Positions 9,154 through 19,378 are shown, counted from the first letter of the stretch. The stretch is 43,311 bases of DNA from an uncultured cyanobacterium (GCA_963766075.1 CAVYAN010000057.1:1-43311), one strand, 5' to 3'. Translations and numbers: made by a program. Notes: generated by a model not told the origin, from the letters alone.

Positions 9154-11355
9154 ATGGTGGAGCCCGTTGTTCAAGCTGCAGTGATCACCATTTCTAGCAT
9201 TGTCAGCCGTGTGGTGTATGAGCATGGCGGTAAGCTGTTGGGCTGGATTGATCGCAAGCTAGATGAAAAGACGGATCAACGGATTGCGCGTGCTGCTGAA
9301 AAGTATTTGCAGAATTATCGCGATCGCCACGGCATTTTAAAAGTGCTGGGTATGCGGGAGCCGGTGGACTTGGAGTCGGTTTACACGACCGTACAGTTTT
9401 TAGACCGGGCCGATCTGCGCTGGTACGAATCGGTGGAGACTCTGGAAAAAGCCTATCGTCAGGCGGGGCAGCGCACCTTTCAGCCCAAGGACTCCGCCCG
9501 CAGAGATGGGTTACAAGTGGCCAATGAAAAACAGTACCTGATGGTGCTGGGTGGCCCGGGTGCGGGGAAATCCACCTTTTTGCGGCGAATGGGATTGGAA
9601 GTGCTGAACGGCGCAGACTACCAGCATGAATGCATTCCGGTGCTGGTTGAATTGAAAAATTTCAGTGTGGGTGCCCTCTCGTTGGAGCAGGCGATCGCGG
9701 AAGAATTTCGGATCTGTGGCTTTCCCGATCCCAATATCACCACGGCCAAATTGCTTGAGCAGGGCAAGCTCCTCGTGTTGTTGGACGGCTTGGATGAGGT
9801 GCCTACCCGCAATACCGATGACACGATTCGGCAAATTCAAAACTTTGTTGATCACTACGATCAAAATCGGTTTATTGCCTCCTGCCGGATGGCGGCCTAT
9901 CGGCATAATTTTCGCCGCTTCAGCGATGTGGCCATGGCGGAATTTGACCCAGCGCAAATTTGTCAGTTCATTAACAATTGGTTTAGCTCCACGTCTGATC
10001 AGCAAATGAACACGGCCCAGAAGTGTTGGGAGCTGTTGCAAAAGCCCGAAAATGCCGCTGCTAAGGAGCTGGCGCAGACGCCTCTATTGTTGACGTTACT
10101 GTGTTTGGTTTACGATCGCTCCCAAAATTTTCCTACCAACCGCAGCAGCCTCTACCGCAAGGCCCTGCGGGTTTTGCTGGAGGAGTGGGCTGCCGAAAAG
10201 CGTATCCTGCGGGACGAAATTTACCAGGGGTTGAACACAGAACTGGAGGAGATTCTGCTGTCGGAAATTGCCTATGGTGGCTATGCTGCCGATCGCTTGT
10301 TTTTCCAAAAGCGGGATCTGGTGGCGCAAATTCGAGAATTTTTAACCACGAACTTGAATGCGCCGAAGCATCTGGATGGAGAATCGGTGCTCAGTGCGAT
10401 CGCCATTCAGCAGGGCATTTTGGTCGAGCGGGCGGAGGGAGTTTTTTCGTTTTCGCATCTGACATTGCAGGAGTATCTGACGGCGCAATATATTGACGAC
10501 CACAATCTAACCGGGCAATTGGTGGCGCGTCACCTCACCCATGAACGGTGGCAGGAGGTCTTTCTGCTCGTGGCGGGACTGATGCGATCAGGCGTTGATG
10601 AATTGCTGCTGCGCATGGAGCGGCATGCCCAAAAACTGATCAGTACGCCTCGGTTGCAGGCGCTTTTGGACTGGGCTGATGCCACGACGATGGGCAGTCA
10701 AACTGCCGTGCGACCGGTGGCCCGACGAGCAGCGGCACTATTTTTTGCGGTGAATCGCGATCGCGCCTTGGAAATTGTGCGGATTTTCCACACGGAGCTA
10801 GGGCGGGCGTTGGACTTGGTGCGGGCGCTGGATTTGCTGCGATCGCCCCTACCGATTGCCACGGCTGACCTAAGTCGTGCTGTCAATTTGGCGCGATCGT
10901 TTAAGCCGGAGATTGCCCCTGCCCGCGCCCAGGCCCGCAACCGAATGCTGGCAACGGCCACCAGTCGCACGGTTGCCAAGGCGGTCACGCGGGCCTTGGC
11001 GGAGGAATTCCAGAAAAATCCTGTATTTGAAGATGTGAACTTTACCAGTTTGATTGCGCGGTTAGAAACGCTAAAGCTGCGATCGCCCAGTGCGAGCAAC
11101 CCGCCGGAAATGCTAGAAGCGTTCCATGGGCGGTTGTCTGCGACGTGGCTGCAGGCGCTGCGTTTGGAGGCAGACTGGGTCAATCTGTCCCCGTCGGAGT
11201 TGCAAGCGCTGGAACAATACCTCTATATCCATTGGCTGATGGTGCGCTGTCGGTTAGCGGCAGTGCGCCTATCGCCCGCGACCTGGAACGCTATTGAAAC
11301 CCGGATGTTAAAGCCCCCCAAGCGCATGGAATCTGGACCAGGATGCGGGCCATAG
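9154..11355 (+). CDS. NACHT-family STAND NTPase
   Basis: Walker A GGPGAGKST, Walker B LLVLLDGLDEV, TPLLLTLLC, winged-helix FSFSHLTLQEYLTA and a cyanobacterial C-terminal helical domain (YLYIHWLMVRC...WNAIETRML). Confidence 0.92.
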   Translation: MVEPVVQAAVITISSIVSRVVYEHGGKLLGWIDRKLDEKTDQRIARAAEKYLQNYRDRHGILKVLGMREPVDLESVYTTVQFLDRADLRWYESVETLEKAYRQAGQRTFQPKDSARRDGLQVANEKQYLMVLGGPGAGKSTFLRRMGLEVLNGADYQHECIPVLVELKNFSVGALSLEQAIAEEFRICGFPDPNITTAKLLEQGKLLVLLDGLDEVPTRNTDDTIRQIQNFVDHYDQNRFIASCRMAAYRHNFRRFSDVAMAEFDPAQICQFINNWFSSTSDQQMNTAQKCWELLQKPENAAAKELAQTPLLLTLLCLVYDRSQNFPTNRSSLYRKALRVLLEEWAAEKRILRDEIYQGLNTELEEILLSEIAYGGYAADRLFFQKRDLVAQIREFLTTNLNAPKHLDGESVLSAIAIQQGILVERAEGVFSFSHLTLQEYLTAQYIDDHNLTGQLVARHLTHERWQEVFLLVAGLMRSGVDELLLRMERHAQKLISTPRLQALLDWADATTMGSQTAVRPVARRAAALFFAVNRDRALEIVRIFHTELGRALDLVRALDLLRSPLPIATADLSRAVNLARSFKPEIAPARAQARNRMLATATSRTVAKAVTRALAEEFQKNPVFEDVNFTSLIARLETLKLRSPSASNPPEMLEAFHGRLSATWLQALRLEADWVNLSPSELQALEQYLYIHWLMVRCRLAAVRLSPATWNAIETRMLKPPKRMESGPGCGP

Positions 11356-11463
11356 AAGCCTGCTCATCTGGCTGAAGATCTGGCTGAAGATCTGGCTCAG
11401 GAGGAGGCAGGCGATCACAATGGCTAATAGCCGCTTCTCTTGCTAATTTCCTATCCCTAAAGG

Positions 11464-12063
11464 CTACTGACGGGTCAAAAACCATTGCACAGACCGAAAC
11501 AGTGTGGCGAAGGGATCGGGATGCTCTTGCGGCGATCGCAACCATTTTTCTAGCTTAATACAAGGCAACTGGATGCCACTCACGGGGACCGAGGTCGGCG
11601 TCACCACCTGATAGCCACAGGCTTTGTACAGGGGTTCCCCAGTCAACGAAGCGGTGACGAAAATTTTGGAGAGGTGGCGCGATCGCGCATCGGCCTCTAA
11701 TGCCTGGACTAAGGCGCGCCCCACGCCCCGGCGGCACTGCTGAGGATGCACATAGGCCGCACAAATCGTATCCCAAATCAAAGCTGAAAATCCGATCACC
11801 TGCTCCTGCAATGTGGCGACAAAAACCACATCACCCCAGGATTTTATATTTCTATAGTGCAGCCCTTTACTGTTCAATAGCGCTTGCACCTGTTCCGGGG
11901 GATAGTCACCCGGACAAAGTACTGTAACAGACTCGACAAAGACATCCAATAGTGCTGGGCTGTCCTCCGGAACCGCCGGACGAATAAAAATAATATCGGG
12001 GCGATCGCCCTGGGTCATACACGCACGGGTTAAGCTCTGCCGTTGCATTATGCCACGGAGCAC
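11464..12063 (-). CDS. GNAT family N-acetyltransferase
   Basis: IRPAVPED, acetyl-CoA motif YVHPQQCRRGVGRAL, and ASLTGEPLYKACGY. The true start may be the ATG at 12018. Confidence 0.88.
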   Translation of the reverse strand: MLRGIMQRQSLTRACMTQGDRPDIIFIRPAVPEDSPALLDVFVESVTVLCPGDYPPEQVQALLNSKGLHYRNIKSWGDVVFVATLQEQVIGFSALIWDTICAAYVHPQQCRRGVGRALVQALEADARSRHLSKIFVTASLTGEPLYKACGYQVVTPTSVPVSGIQLPCIKLEKWLRSPQEHPDPFATLFRSVQWFLTRQ

Positions 12064-12132
12064 GCTACGGTTGACTTGTTCAGAAAGGACTGACCATGAC
12101 TGACGTTATTTGAGGCAAATATTAGGTGTGTT

Positions 12133-12972
12133 ATGAAGCGACGTAAACTGTTATTCACGGCCTCAACCCTTGCCTCTGCTTCGCTACTGACAGTGTTGAA
12201 CTCTCAAGTCGTGACGGCGAAACCACCCCTGAAACCCACCACAAAGCCCAAGCCTGGGACTCCCGGCACGCTGGTCACGCTGGCAGGCAAGCTGAAGGGC
12301 TACTATGCTGTCCCTCCCGGCAAAGGCCCCTTCCCAGCCGTAATTGTCCAAATGGAGGCATTTGGCTTGAATGGTCACATTAAAGATGTGTGCGATCGCT
12401 TTGCTAAAGCGGGATATGCGGCTTTGGCCCCCGATTTTTACGAGGGAGCGACCTTTGCCTATACCGATGTCGCTAATGCCGTCGCTAAGCTGAAAACCAT
12501 CGATGATGACCGAGCCATGGTCGCAGTGGGGAATGGCCTAGACTTCCTCGCAGGTCGCCCGGAAGTGGCCTCGGGCAAAGTGGCTACCATCGGATTTTGC
12601 ATGGGCGGACGGCTGGCCTTTTTGGCGGCGATCGCCCATCCCACCCGCCTCAAGGCCTCTGTCTGCTTTTATGGCGGGGGCATTGCTGCCAATCCCGATT
12701 CCCTGGGGCGCAAGGCATTGTTGGATCGGGTTGCGGCGATTCAAGCCCCTCTCCTGCTGCTCTATGGCGCAGAGGATGGGCTGATCGCCGCTGATGAGCA
12801 TGAACGAATTGTCCTGGCCCTCTCCAGCCAGAAGAAGCGCTACACCTTGAGTGTTTTTCCCAAGGCGGGCCATGGATTTTTCTGTAACGAGCGGGGCAGT
12901 TATGCCCCGGCGGTGGCTGCCGAAGCCTGGGAAACCACGCTGACGTTCCTGCGGCGGGCTGTGGCAGGTTAA
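12133..12972 (+). CDS. Dienelactone hydrolase family protein with Tat signal
   Basis: GFCMGG nucleophile elbow, EAFGLNGHIKDVCDRFA and AGHGFFC; N-terminal MKRRKLL. Confidence 0.92.
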   Translation: MKRRKLLFTASTLASASLLTVLNSQVVTAKPPLKPTTKPKPGTPGTLVTLAGKLKGYYAVPPGKGPFPAVIVQMEAFGLNGHIKDVCDRFAKAGYAALAPDFYEGATFAYTDVANAVAKLKTIDDDRAMVAVGNGLDFLAGRPEVASGKVATIGFCMGGRLAFLAAIAHPTRLKASVCFYGGGIAANPDSLGRKALLDRVAAIQAPLLLLYGAEDGLIAADEHERIVLALSSQKKRYTLSVFPKAGHGFFCNERGSYAPAVAAEAWETTLTFLRRAVAG

Positions 12973-13020
12973 GGGGCCTGGGTTCATCCATCTCATATCC
13001 ATCTTAGGGGGAGGCAGTTT

Positions 13021-14349
13021 GTGTTCGGGTTGACTTTGACCACGATTTGGCGCTGGGGTCAGTGCTGGGGGCGGGCTTGGCAGCGGTATGGCCGCACGGC
13101 ATGGTCGCGCGATCGCCGCTTCACGCCTTGGCTGCTCAGTGTCATCTGGATGTCGGGTCTACTCAGCGGCTGTGCCCTTCCCAAAGTCACCGCCGAGGAC
13201 CGCCTGTTCCTGAATGTATCCTTGGATTTTCTGGGGGAGTATCAACTGCCCAAACAGCAGTTTGCGGGTGCGCCTGTCGGCGGTTTGTCGGCGATCGCCT
13301 ATGATCGTCCCCGCGATCGCTTCTATGCCCTCTCCGATGATCGCAGTACCCTAGCCCCGGCCCGCTTCTACACCCTGAAACTAACCCTCGATCGAGCCAC
13401 TAGCCGCCCTCAGAAGGTTGACATTGAGCGTGTCACCCCCCTGCAAGATGCAACGGGCCATCCCTATGCTCCGGGCACCCTGGACCCCGAGGGCATTGCC
13501 TTGACCTCGGCGAATTCAGTTTTCATTGCCAGCGAAGGGGTGACTCGCGATCGGATTCCTCCCTTCATCGCGGAATTTGATTTATCCAGCGGCAAGTTTC
13601 GGCGCAGTTTGCGGTTGCCACCCCAGTACCTACCGGCGGCGATCGCCCCCAATGCGGCCAAATCCGATACGGCCAAACCTGGCGCGGATCAATCGCCTGT
13701 GCCTAACCTGATGCCCGCCAACGATGCCCCCCCGACTCAAGGCGTTCAGGACAACTTGGGCTTTGAAGGACTGACCCTGAATCCCCTTAGCTCGGCGGGA
13801 GCTAGTCCCACTGGGGACGTTGAACCCTTTCGATTGTTTGCCATTACGGAATCGGCTCTGATTCAAGATATTGACCCGACGGCGATCGACCAAAGTGCGA
13901 CTAGTCGGATGTTGCACTATCAGCTCGACGGTAAGCGATCGCTCCTGATTGCAGAGCATGCCTATCCTATTGACCTTGGCCCTCTGGGCAGTCGCACGGG
14001 CGTTTCGGAACTATTGGCGATTGATCAAGGCGGTCATTTTCTGACCCTGGAGCGATCGTTTGCCCCCACGGGCTTCAGCGTGAAACTCTATCAAATCACG
14101 CCTGCCGGAGCCAGTGACACCTCGGGCTACCTGTCTCTCACCAAGACCCTACCCAACACTCAGCCCATCCGCAAGCAACTCTTACTAGACCTCAACACCC
14201 TGGGTATTCGCCTCGACAATTTGGAAGGCATGGCCCTAGGTCCCCAATTGCCCGATGGTAGCCACAGCCTGCTCCTGGTCAGCGATGACAACTTCCGTCC
14301 CGAACAGGTGACCCAGTTTCTCCTCTTCCGTCTGCGAGGCTTGAAGTAA
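13021..14349 (+). CDS. Esterase-like activity of phytase family lipoprotein
   Basis: Motifs GGLSAIAYD, YALSDD, DPEGI, NLGFEGL, LDNLEGM and LVSDDNF; lipobox LSGC. Confidence 0.9.
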   Translation: MFGLTLTTIWRWGQCWGRAWQRYGRTAWSRDRRFTPWLLSVIWMSGLLSGCALPKVTAEDRLFLNVSLDFLGEYQLPKQQFAGAPVGGLSAIAYDRPRDRFYALSDDRSTLAPARFYTLKLTLDRATSRPQKVDIERVTPLQDATGHPYAPGTLDPEGIALTSANSVFIASEGVTRDRIPPFIAEFDLSSGKFRRSLRLPPQYLPAAIAPNAAKSDTAKPGADQSPVPNLMPANDAPPTQGVQDNLGFEGLTLNPLSSAGASPTGDVEPFRLFAITESALIQDIDPTAIDQSATSRMLHYQLDGKRSLLIAEHAYPIDLGPLGSRTGVSELLAIDQGGHFLTLERSFAPTGFSVKLYQITPAGASDTSGYLSLTKTLPNTQPIRKQLLLDLNTLGIRLDNLEGMALGPQLPDGSHSLLLVSDDNFRPEQVTQFLLFRLRGLK

Positions 14350-14782
14350 TGGGTCCGGGCCTAAAGGTAATCTCGATACTGGGCTGGTAATCCCGATACA
14401 TGGCCGGAAAATCTCTCTCCTCAGCCCGCCCCTGCTGAGATCTTCTGGAAAATTTGTTAAGTTTGGTAAAGTTTGGTAAACTTATTTTGCGTCATTACGC
14501 CTCTCCTAGGAGTTGGTACCTGGGGCGACGCGGCTGAACACGGGTGAAACCTGTTTGTTTTGGAGATCGCCCCTAATTTTTGGCCAGGAATTTCAAGACC
14601 GGAGTTTTGGTTCATCCAGAGATTGACACAAGCTTGGCCAGTTTTATCACGTCCATTTAGCGATAGTGTTGGTTTAGCGGGTTGACAAGCCTATGCCAAG
14701 TTGAGGCGGCGCTATGTCGTTTTCGCTGACCTTTCTTGATTAACCATGCTGTTTTCGTTTATTCAATAATTTAGGTGACTCT

Positions 14783-15743
14783 ATGGTGTATTCAGTTGAC
14801 TCTGCTCGTAATATTTTCCCTGGAACTTTGTCGGCGGATGCCGTGCCTGCAACCCTGGCCCGGTTTGAGCTGCTAGGTCCCGAAGACCAACTGGCGCTGA
14901 TTTGGTTTGCCTATTTGGAAATGGGCAAAACGATTACGATTCGCTGCCCCAGGTGCCGCTAACATGATTTTTGCTGAAGCAACCTTGAGTGAAGTCAAGA
15001 AAATGACTCCTCAGCAGCAAACCCAAGTGATGTGTGATTTGGCCAATCGGGCTGATACGCCGATTTGTCGCATTTATTCCACGTGGACTTCTAACATTAA
15101 ATTGGGGTTCTGGTATCAACTCGGCGATTGGATGGTACAGGGTTTGGTCTCTCCGATTCCCGAAGGATATCAGCTCTCGGCCAATGCGGCTGCCGTGTTG
15201 CAAGCGGTGCGAAACTTGGAATCAGGGCAGCAGATTACGGTGTTGCGCAGCATGGTGGTGGATCTCGGCTTTGATCCGAAAAAGCTGGGCGAGTACAAAA
15301 CCGTTGCGGAACCTGTCGTAGCCCCTCAAGAACAGGCAAATCGGGTGCTGGTGAAGATTGCAGGCGTTGATAATCCGACGGTGCTCAGCTACATGGACAA
15401 TCTCAATGCCAACGATTTTGATGCGTTGATTGCGCTATTCGCGCCCGATGGGGCATTGCAACCTCCCTTCCAGCGCCCCATTGTGGGTAAAGAGGCGGTG
15501 CTCCGGTTTTTCCGGGAGGAATGCCAAAACCTGAAGCTCTTGCCTGAGCGCGGTATTGCCGAGCCTGCGGAGGGTGGCTATACCCAAATTAAAGTGACGG
15601 GTAAGGTGCAAACTCCGTGGTTTGGTGCAGGTGTGGGGATGAATATGTCCTGGCGCTTCCTGCTAAGCCCGGATAACCAGATCTTCTTTGTGGCGATTGA
15701 TCTGCTGGCCTCGCCGAAGGAATTACTGAACCTAGCCCGTTAG
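14783..15743 (+). CDS. ocp: Orange carotenoid protein (full-length OCP, 319 aa after removing one extra base at ~14941)
   Basis: The ATG at 14783 reads MVYSVDSARNIFPGTLSADAVPATLARF...EDQLALIWFAYLEMGKTITI, then shifts +1 into AAPGAANM...KLGFWYQL...VTGKVQTPWFG...DLLASPKELLNL. Span is 961 bp = 320 codons + 1. Confidence 0.95.
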
Positions 15744-15782
15744 TTCTGTAGCGGTTTGCGATTTAGCCCTGCTCTGATCCCT

Positions 15783-15816
15783 CCGTACTGAGGCCCGAAA
15801 TCGGTCCTTGGTACGG
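15783..15816 (+). terminator. Stem-loop after ocp (terminator or mRNA-stabilising hairpin)
   Basis: CCGTACTGAGGCCCGA-AA-TCGGTCCTTGGTACGG imperfect stem with a weak U-tract. A second hairpin, GGCGCTGCTT-GAAA-AAGTAGCGCC, lies at ~15886-15909. Confidence 0.55.
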
Positions 15817-15988
15817 TTAGTTATGGGTATGGAAATTTTAGAGGAATGCTTGCTGACGGGCATTCCAGCCGATCGCTACGAGTAGGGCGCTGCTTGAAAA
15901 AGTAGCGCCTCTTGCTTGGGATTTCTGGGGAAATCCAGTAGAATAAAGCACATATAAGCGAAACATATCATTAGATTTAGGTTGAGCA

Positions 15989-16315
15989 ATGCAAGTGGCG
16001 AATGCGGACTGGACAGAGACGGAACAATTGGTTGCTCGGCAAGCGTTTGATAAGGCCCATGAGCGGGAAATTAATGCGTTGATTTTATCGGTGCGGGCCC
16101 AAGCGTCGGCGATCGCTGCGCCCGAAGATATGTGGCAACTGCACGACTTTTTGAGCAGTCGGCGGCACGAAGTGGATGGGAAGTATGACTATCGCTATTC
16201 GGGCCTGGTGTTTGTCTTTGCACGGCTGGTGAAGGAAGGCTGGTTGCAGGTGAATGAACTAGAAGGGCTGTCCACTGATAAGTTGGCCAAGGTGGCGGCA
16301 CTGTCTCGAATGTAG
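15989..16315 (+). CDS. frp: Fluorescence recovery protein
   Basis: WTETEQ...AFDKAHERE...WQLHDFLSSRRHEVDGKYDYRYS...LVKEGWL...KVAALSRM; directly downstream of ocp. Confidence 0.95.
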   Translation: MQVANADWTETEQLVARQAFDKAHEREINALILSVRAQASAIAAPEDMWQLHDFLSSRRHEVDGKYDYRYSGLVFVFARLVKEGWLQVNELEGLSTDKLAKVAALSRM

Positions 16316-16386
16316 CGGTGTTGGGGCAAGACGGGGCGGTCCGCTTGTTCTACAATCGTTTCTGTCGTTACATTCCCGGTTGACCC

Positions 16387-16998
16387 ATGACGCATCCGAC
16401 CGATCTGGCCACCCTGACCCGCTGGATGGCTGCTGACTTTAGCAATCAAGCGCAAGCGTTTGACAATCCCCCTCTGTTTGCCCATATTCGGGTGTGTATG
16501 CGTCCGTTGCCTGCGGGGGTTTTAAAGGGCGTTAGCTTGCTGCTGGAGCAAGCCTATGACTTTATGCTGAATCAGCCCTATCGGGTGCGGGTGCTGCATC
16601 TGTTTGAAAAAGAGGGGCGGATTGAGTTGGAGAATTATAAGATCCAGGATGAAAGCGAATTCTATGGTGCGACGCGCGATCGGAATCGGTTGTCTGCGTT
16701 GACAGGCGATCGCTTGGAGCATATGCCGGGTTGCAATATGCATGTGGAATGGACCGGGGACAGCTTTCGGGGGCGGGTGGAGCCGGGTAAAGGCTGCATT
16801 GTGGTGCGGAAAGAAAAAACCACCTACTTGGATAATGAGTTTGTCGTGAATGGCGATCGCTTGCTCAGCTACGATCGCGGGCGTGATCCCGACACGGATG
16901 AATTGCTGTGGGGGTCGATCGCGGGGCCTTTTGAGTTTGAGCGCCGCACGAGCTTTGCCGCAGAAGTCAGCGAGGCGTTGATTCACCCACAGGATTAG
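16387..16998 (+). CDS. cpcT: CpcT/CpeT-family phycobilin lyase
   Basis: MTHPTDLATLTRWMAADFSNQAQAFDNPPLFAHIRVCMRPLP, EQAYD, PYRVRV, DRGRDP and WGS. Confidence 0.92.
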   Translation: MTHPTDLATLTRWMAADFSNQAQAFDNPPLFAHIRVCMRPLPAGVLKGVSLLLEQAYDFMLNQPYRVRVLHLFEKEGRIELENYKIQDESEFYGATRDRNRLSALTGDRLEHMPGCNMHVEWTGDSFRGRVEPGKGCIVVRKEKTTYLDNEFVVNGDRLLSYDRGRDPDTDELLWGSIAGPFEFERRTSFAAEVSEALIHPQD

Positions 16999-17069
16999 GC
17001 TCAGCGTTTAAGATACGGTGCGGGATGGGGCTGTTGATGGATGGGAGCTTTGGTTTCAAGGAGCCGATT

Positions 17070-18052
17070 TCAAGGAGCCAGTAAGCAGGCCAGGGGAAAT
17101 AGCCCGTATTCCAGAAAAAATAATTTCCAGATGAATTGATAACACTGGGCGATCGCCTGCTGGTCTTGCAAATCCACTTGGGCGGTGCGCCACCACAGTA
17201 AAGCCAACGCCAGACCATGGGTGACCACGAGGATCGTAGAGTTGACCTGGGGCAATCCCAAAATCCCGGCGATGATCATGCCGCCATAGCCCAGGGTAAT
17301 GGTCCATTTGGCCAAATCAAACACGGCTTTGCGCCCGAGGCGCAGGCTAAAGGTGGTGATGTGATAGCGGCGATCGCCCTCGGTATCGGGAATATCCTTG
17401 AAAATGGCGATCGCAAACGTGAACACCAAAATAAAGGCCGTTAAAGCCCAAACCGACGGTGGCGTGGCTAATTGGTGGCTGTAATGCGCGTACAGGCCCA
17501 AATTGACAATCACTCCCCGCACTGTAAAGATGCACAACGAGGCCCAGACTGGAAATCGCTTCAGCCGGACTGGGGGCAGCGAGTAGAGCGTGCCAATCAC
17601 CAGACTCACGGCGATGGTGGCGAACAAAAAGGGTGTCGTTGCCAAGGAACTAAGCAATAGAGCCAAGACACCAGCGATCGCCACAATGCCAATGCCCTGT
17701 TGGTGCGAGAATTCCTGGGAGGCCAGCGGTAAATGGGGCTTGTTAATCCGGTCAATGGCCACATCTTCCAGTTGATTGAGGCCCACAATGTAGATGTTGC
17801 CACTCAGACAGGCGGTCCACGCCAGTATCAGGGATGATAACGGTGGCATCCAGGCCACGGTGCCCCCTGGCGGTGCCCCGGCGTGCTGTTCTGCGAGGGC
17901 GATTAAATACACCCCGATCGCACTGAGGCTGGTGCCGATGACGGTGTGGGGGCGGGAAAATTTCCAAAATGCATAGAGCCAAGGCACACGGTGCTTGACC
18001 CAATGCGGTGGGCGGGCAGACGGGCGGGGCGATGGGGAGAAATTTGGTTCAT
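17070..18052 (-). CDS. hpt: Homogentisate phytyltransferase (UbiA family, tocopherol synthesis); probable start at 18052 with a -1 homopolymer indel near 18035
   Basis: FWKFSRPHTVIGT, NIYIVGLNQLEDVAIDRINKPHLPLAS, KDIPDTEGD and YQFIWKLFFLEY. Adding one C after MNQISP gives MNQISPPSPRPSARPPHWVKHRVPWLYAFW, in frame. Confidence 0.92.
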
Positions 18053-18153
18053 GAAAAAGTTTAGCTCATGAAGGGCCTGCTGTGGGGGAAGAACACGGTC
18101 CCTGTATCAAGCTACTGTATCAAGGGCTTGAGGGAATTGACTACCATCCCCCA

Positions 18154-18933
18154 TCAAGCCCCCATGCCCGAATACTGCCGTAAGCCTCTTCGCCAGAGCG
18201 ATCGGTACGCTCCAATAAACACTCCAATCCAGATCAGCATGACCAGAATCCCCCGTCCCACATCTACAGGCAGGCCCACCAATAGACTGGCAGGAAAATG
18301 GATTAGATATGGAAATGGTGTCCACAGAGCCAGTTCGCGGATTGCGGGAGGAAATACATTTAAGGGGGCAATGTAACCTGAAAGAAACAAATAAAACAAA
18401 AACCAGAAATTCTCTAAGGCACTAGCACGCTCTGTCCAAAAGGCAAACATGGCTAACGTGTACTGCATCAGAAAGCGCAGGAAAAATGCTAGAACAATCA
18501 CGACTGCAAATAGCCCTAAATTCAGCAGATTGGGAAACCATAACGCCTGGGGATATAATCCAAAAAATAGTCCAATCAAAATGACTGAAAATGGCAGACG
18601 AGCCAATCGTTCGGACCAATGAGTTGTGAGATGATGCCAAATTGGATCTAGGGGTTGCAACAGTCGAAAGGACAGCTTGCCTTCTACGATTTCGCGCTCA
18701 AATTCCCAAATTACCCAAACTACGGTACATTGGCGGGCGATAAATGTTGCTAAAAAGTAGCGGGCAAATTCGACGGGCGAAAGACTAAATTGCCCGCCTT
18801 GCGCTGCCTGCATCCAGACCCCCATCAGGATCAGTGGCAGAGAGCCAGAGAGCACCCAAAAAATCAACTCAGCCCGATATTCCACCATATAGGCGTAGTA
18901 GACAACGGAAAGCGTGCGGAGGATACGAAACAT
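18154..18933 (-). CDS. ABC-2 type transporter permease (DUF990-like)
   Basis: MVEYRAELIFW, EIVEGKLSFRLLQPLDP, LSGYIAPLNVFP and LWRRGLRQYSGMGA. Confidence 0.9.
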   Translation of the reverse strand: MFRILRTLSVVYYAYMVEYRAELIFWVLSGSLPLILMGVWMQAAQGGQFSLSPVEFARYFLATFIARQCTVVWVIWEFEREIVEGKLSFRLLQPLDPIWHHLTTHWSERLARLPFSVILIGLFFGLYPQALWFPNLLNLGLFAVVIVLAFFLRFLMQYTLAMFAFWTERASALENFWFLFYLFLSGYIAPLNVFPPAIRELALWTPFPYLIHFPASLLVGLPVDVGRGILVMLIWIGVFIGAYRSLWRRGLRQYSGMGA

Positions 18934-19096
18934 AAAATTTTAGAGTTTAGATTGACACTGTTGCATGAAGCGGGGTGGCCGAAGGGAGAGTCAGGGTTAA
19001 GTTTCCAGGGTCAGTTTGAATGGCCATACCAAAGCTGGCCATGCAACCTCAGTATGGCATCTGCAACTGGTCTGAGTATAACGCTGGTCTGAAGCA

Positions 19097-19304
19097 CTAT
19101 CCAGGAACCTCTGTTATTCGGGCAATCTTAGTATTCAAACGGCTCAAGTGATGGGGATTGAGCGTCAGTATTCCAGCGGCCTCTGTCTTGAGCGTCGCTT
19201 GGGCAATTAGAGCATCAAAGATTCCACCACCAGGAAGGTTGAGTGCAGCCATTGGGGCGATCGCGGCTCGATAGTCTTGTGTTGTGAATAGTCTTGTGTT
19301 GTGA
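19097..19304 (-). pseudogene. C-terminal remnant of a PIN-domain (VapC-like) toxin
   Basis: 19276->19097 translates DYRAAIAPMAALNLPGGGIFDALIAQATLKTEAAGILTLNPHHLSRLNTKIARITEVPG*, with PIN-type DALIA and LTLN motifs. The N-terminal half is absent and a 17-bp duplication (19271-19304) breaks the frame. Confidence 0.75.
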
Positions 19305-19378
19305 ATGCAGGGCTTTGTATTCAGTGTTCAGGATTCACCGACACCGCATTTCCGGCATCACAGGCCAGTAGACTGAGG

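Noticed and set aside
14350..14782. Riboswitch or ncRNA upstream of ocp
   Set aside because: I recognised no family consensus, only short duplications (e.g. AAGTTTGGTA x2). An Infernal/Rfam scan would be decisive.
14907..15743. N-terminally truncated OCP or separate HCP/CTDH genes
   Set aside because: A single +1 indel joins it to the ATG at 14783, giving a normal-length OCP.
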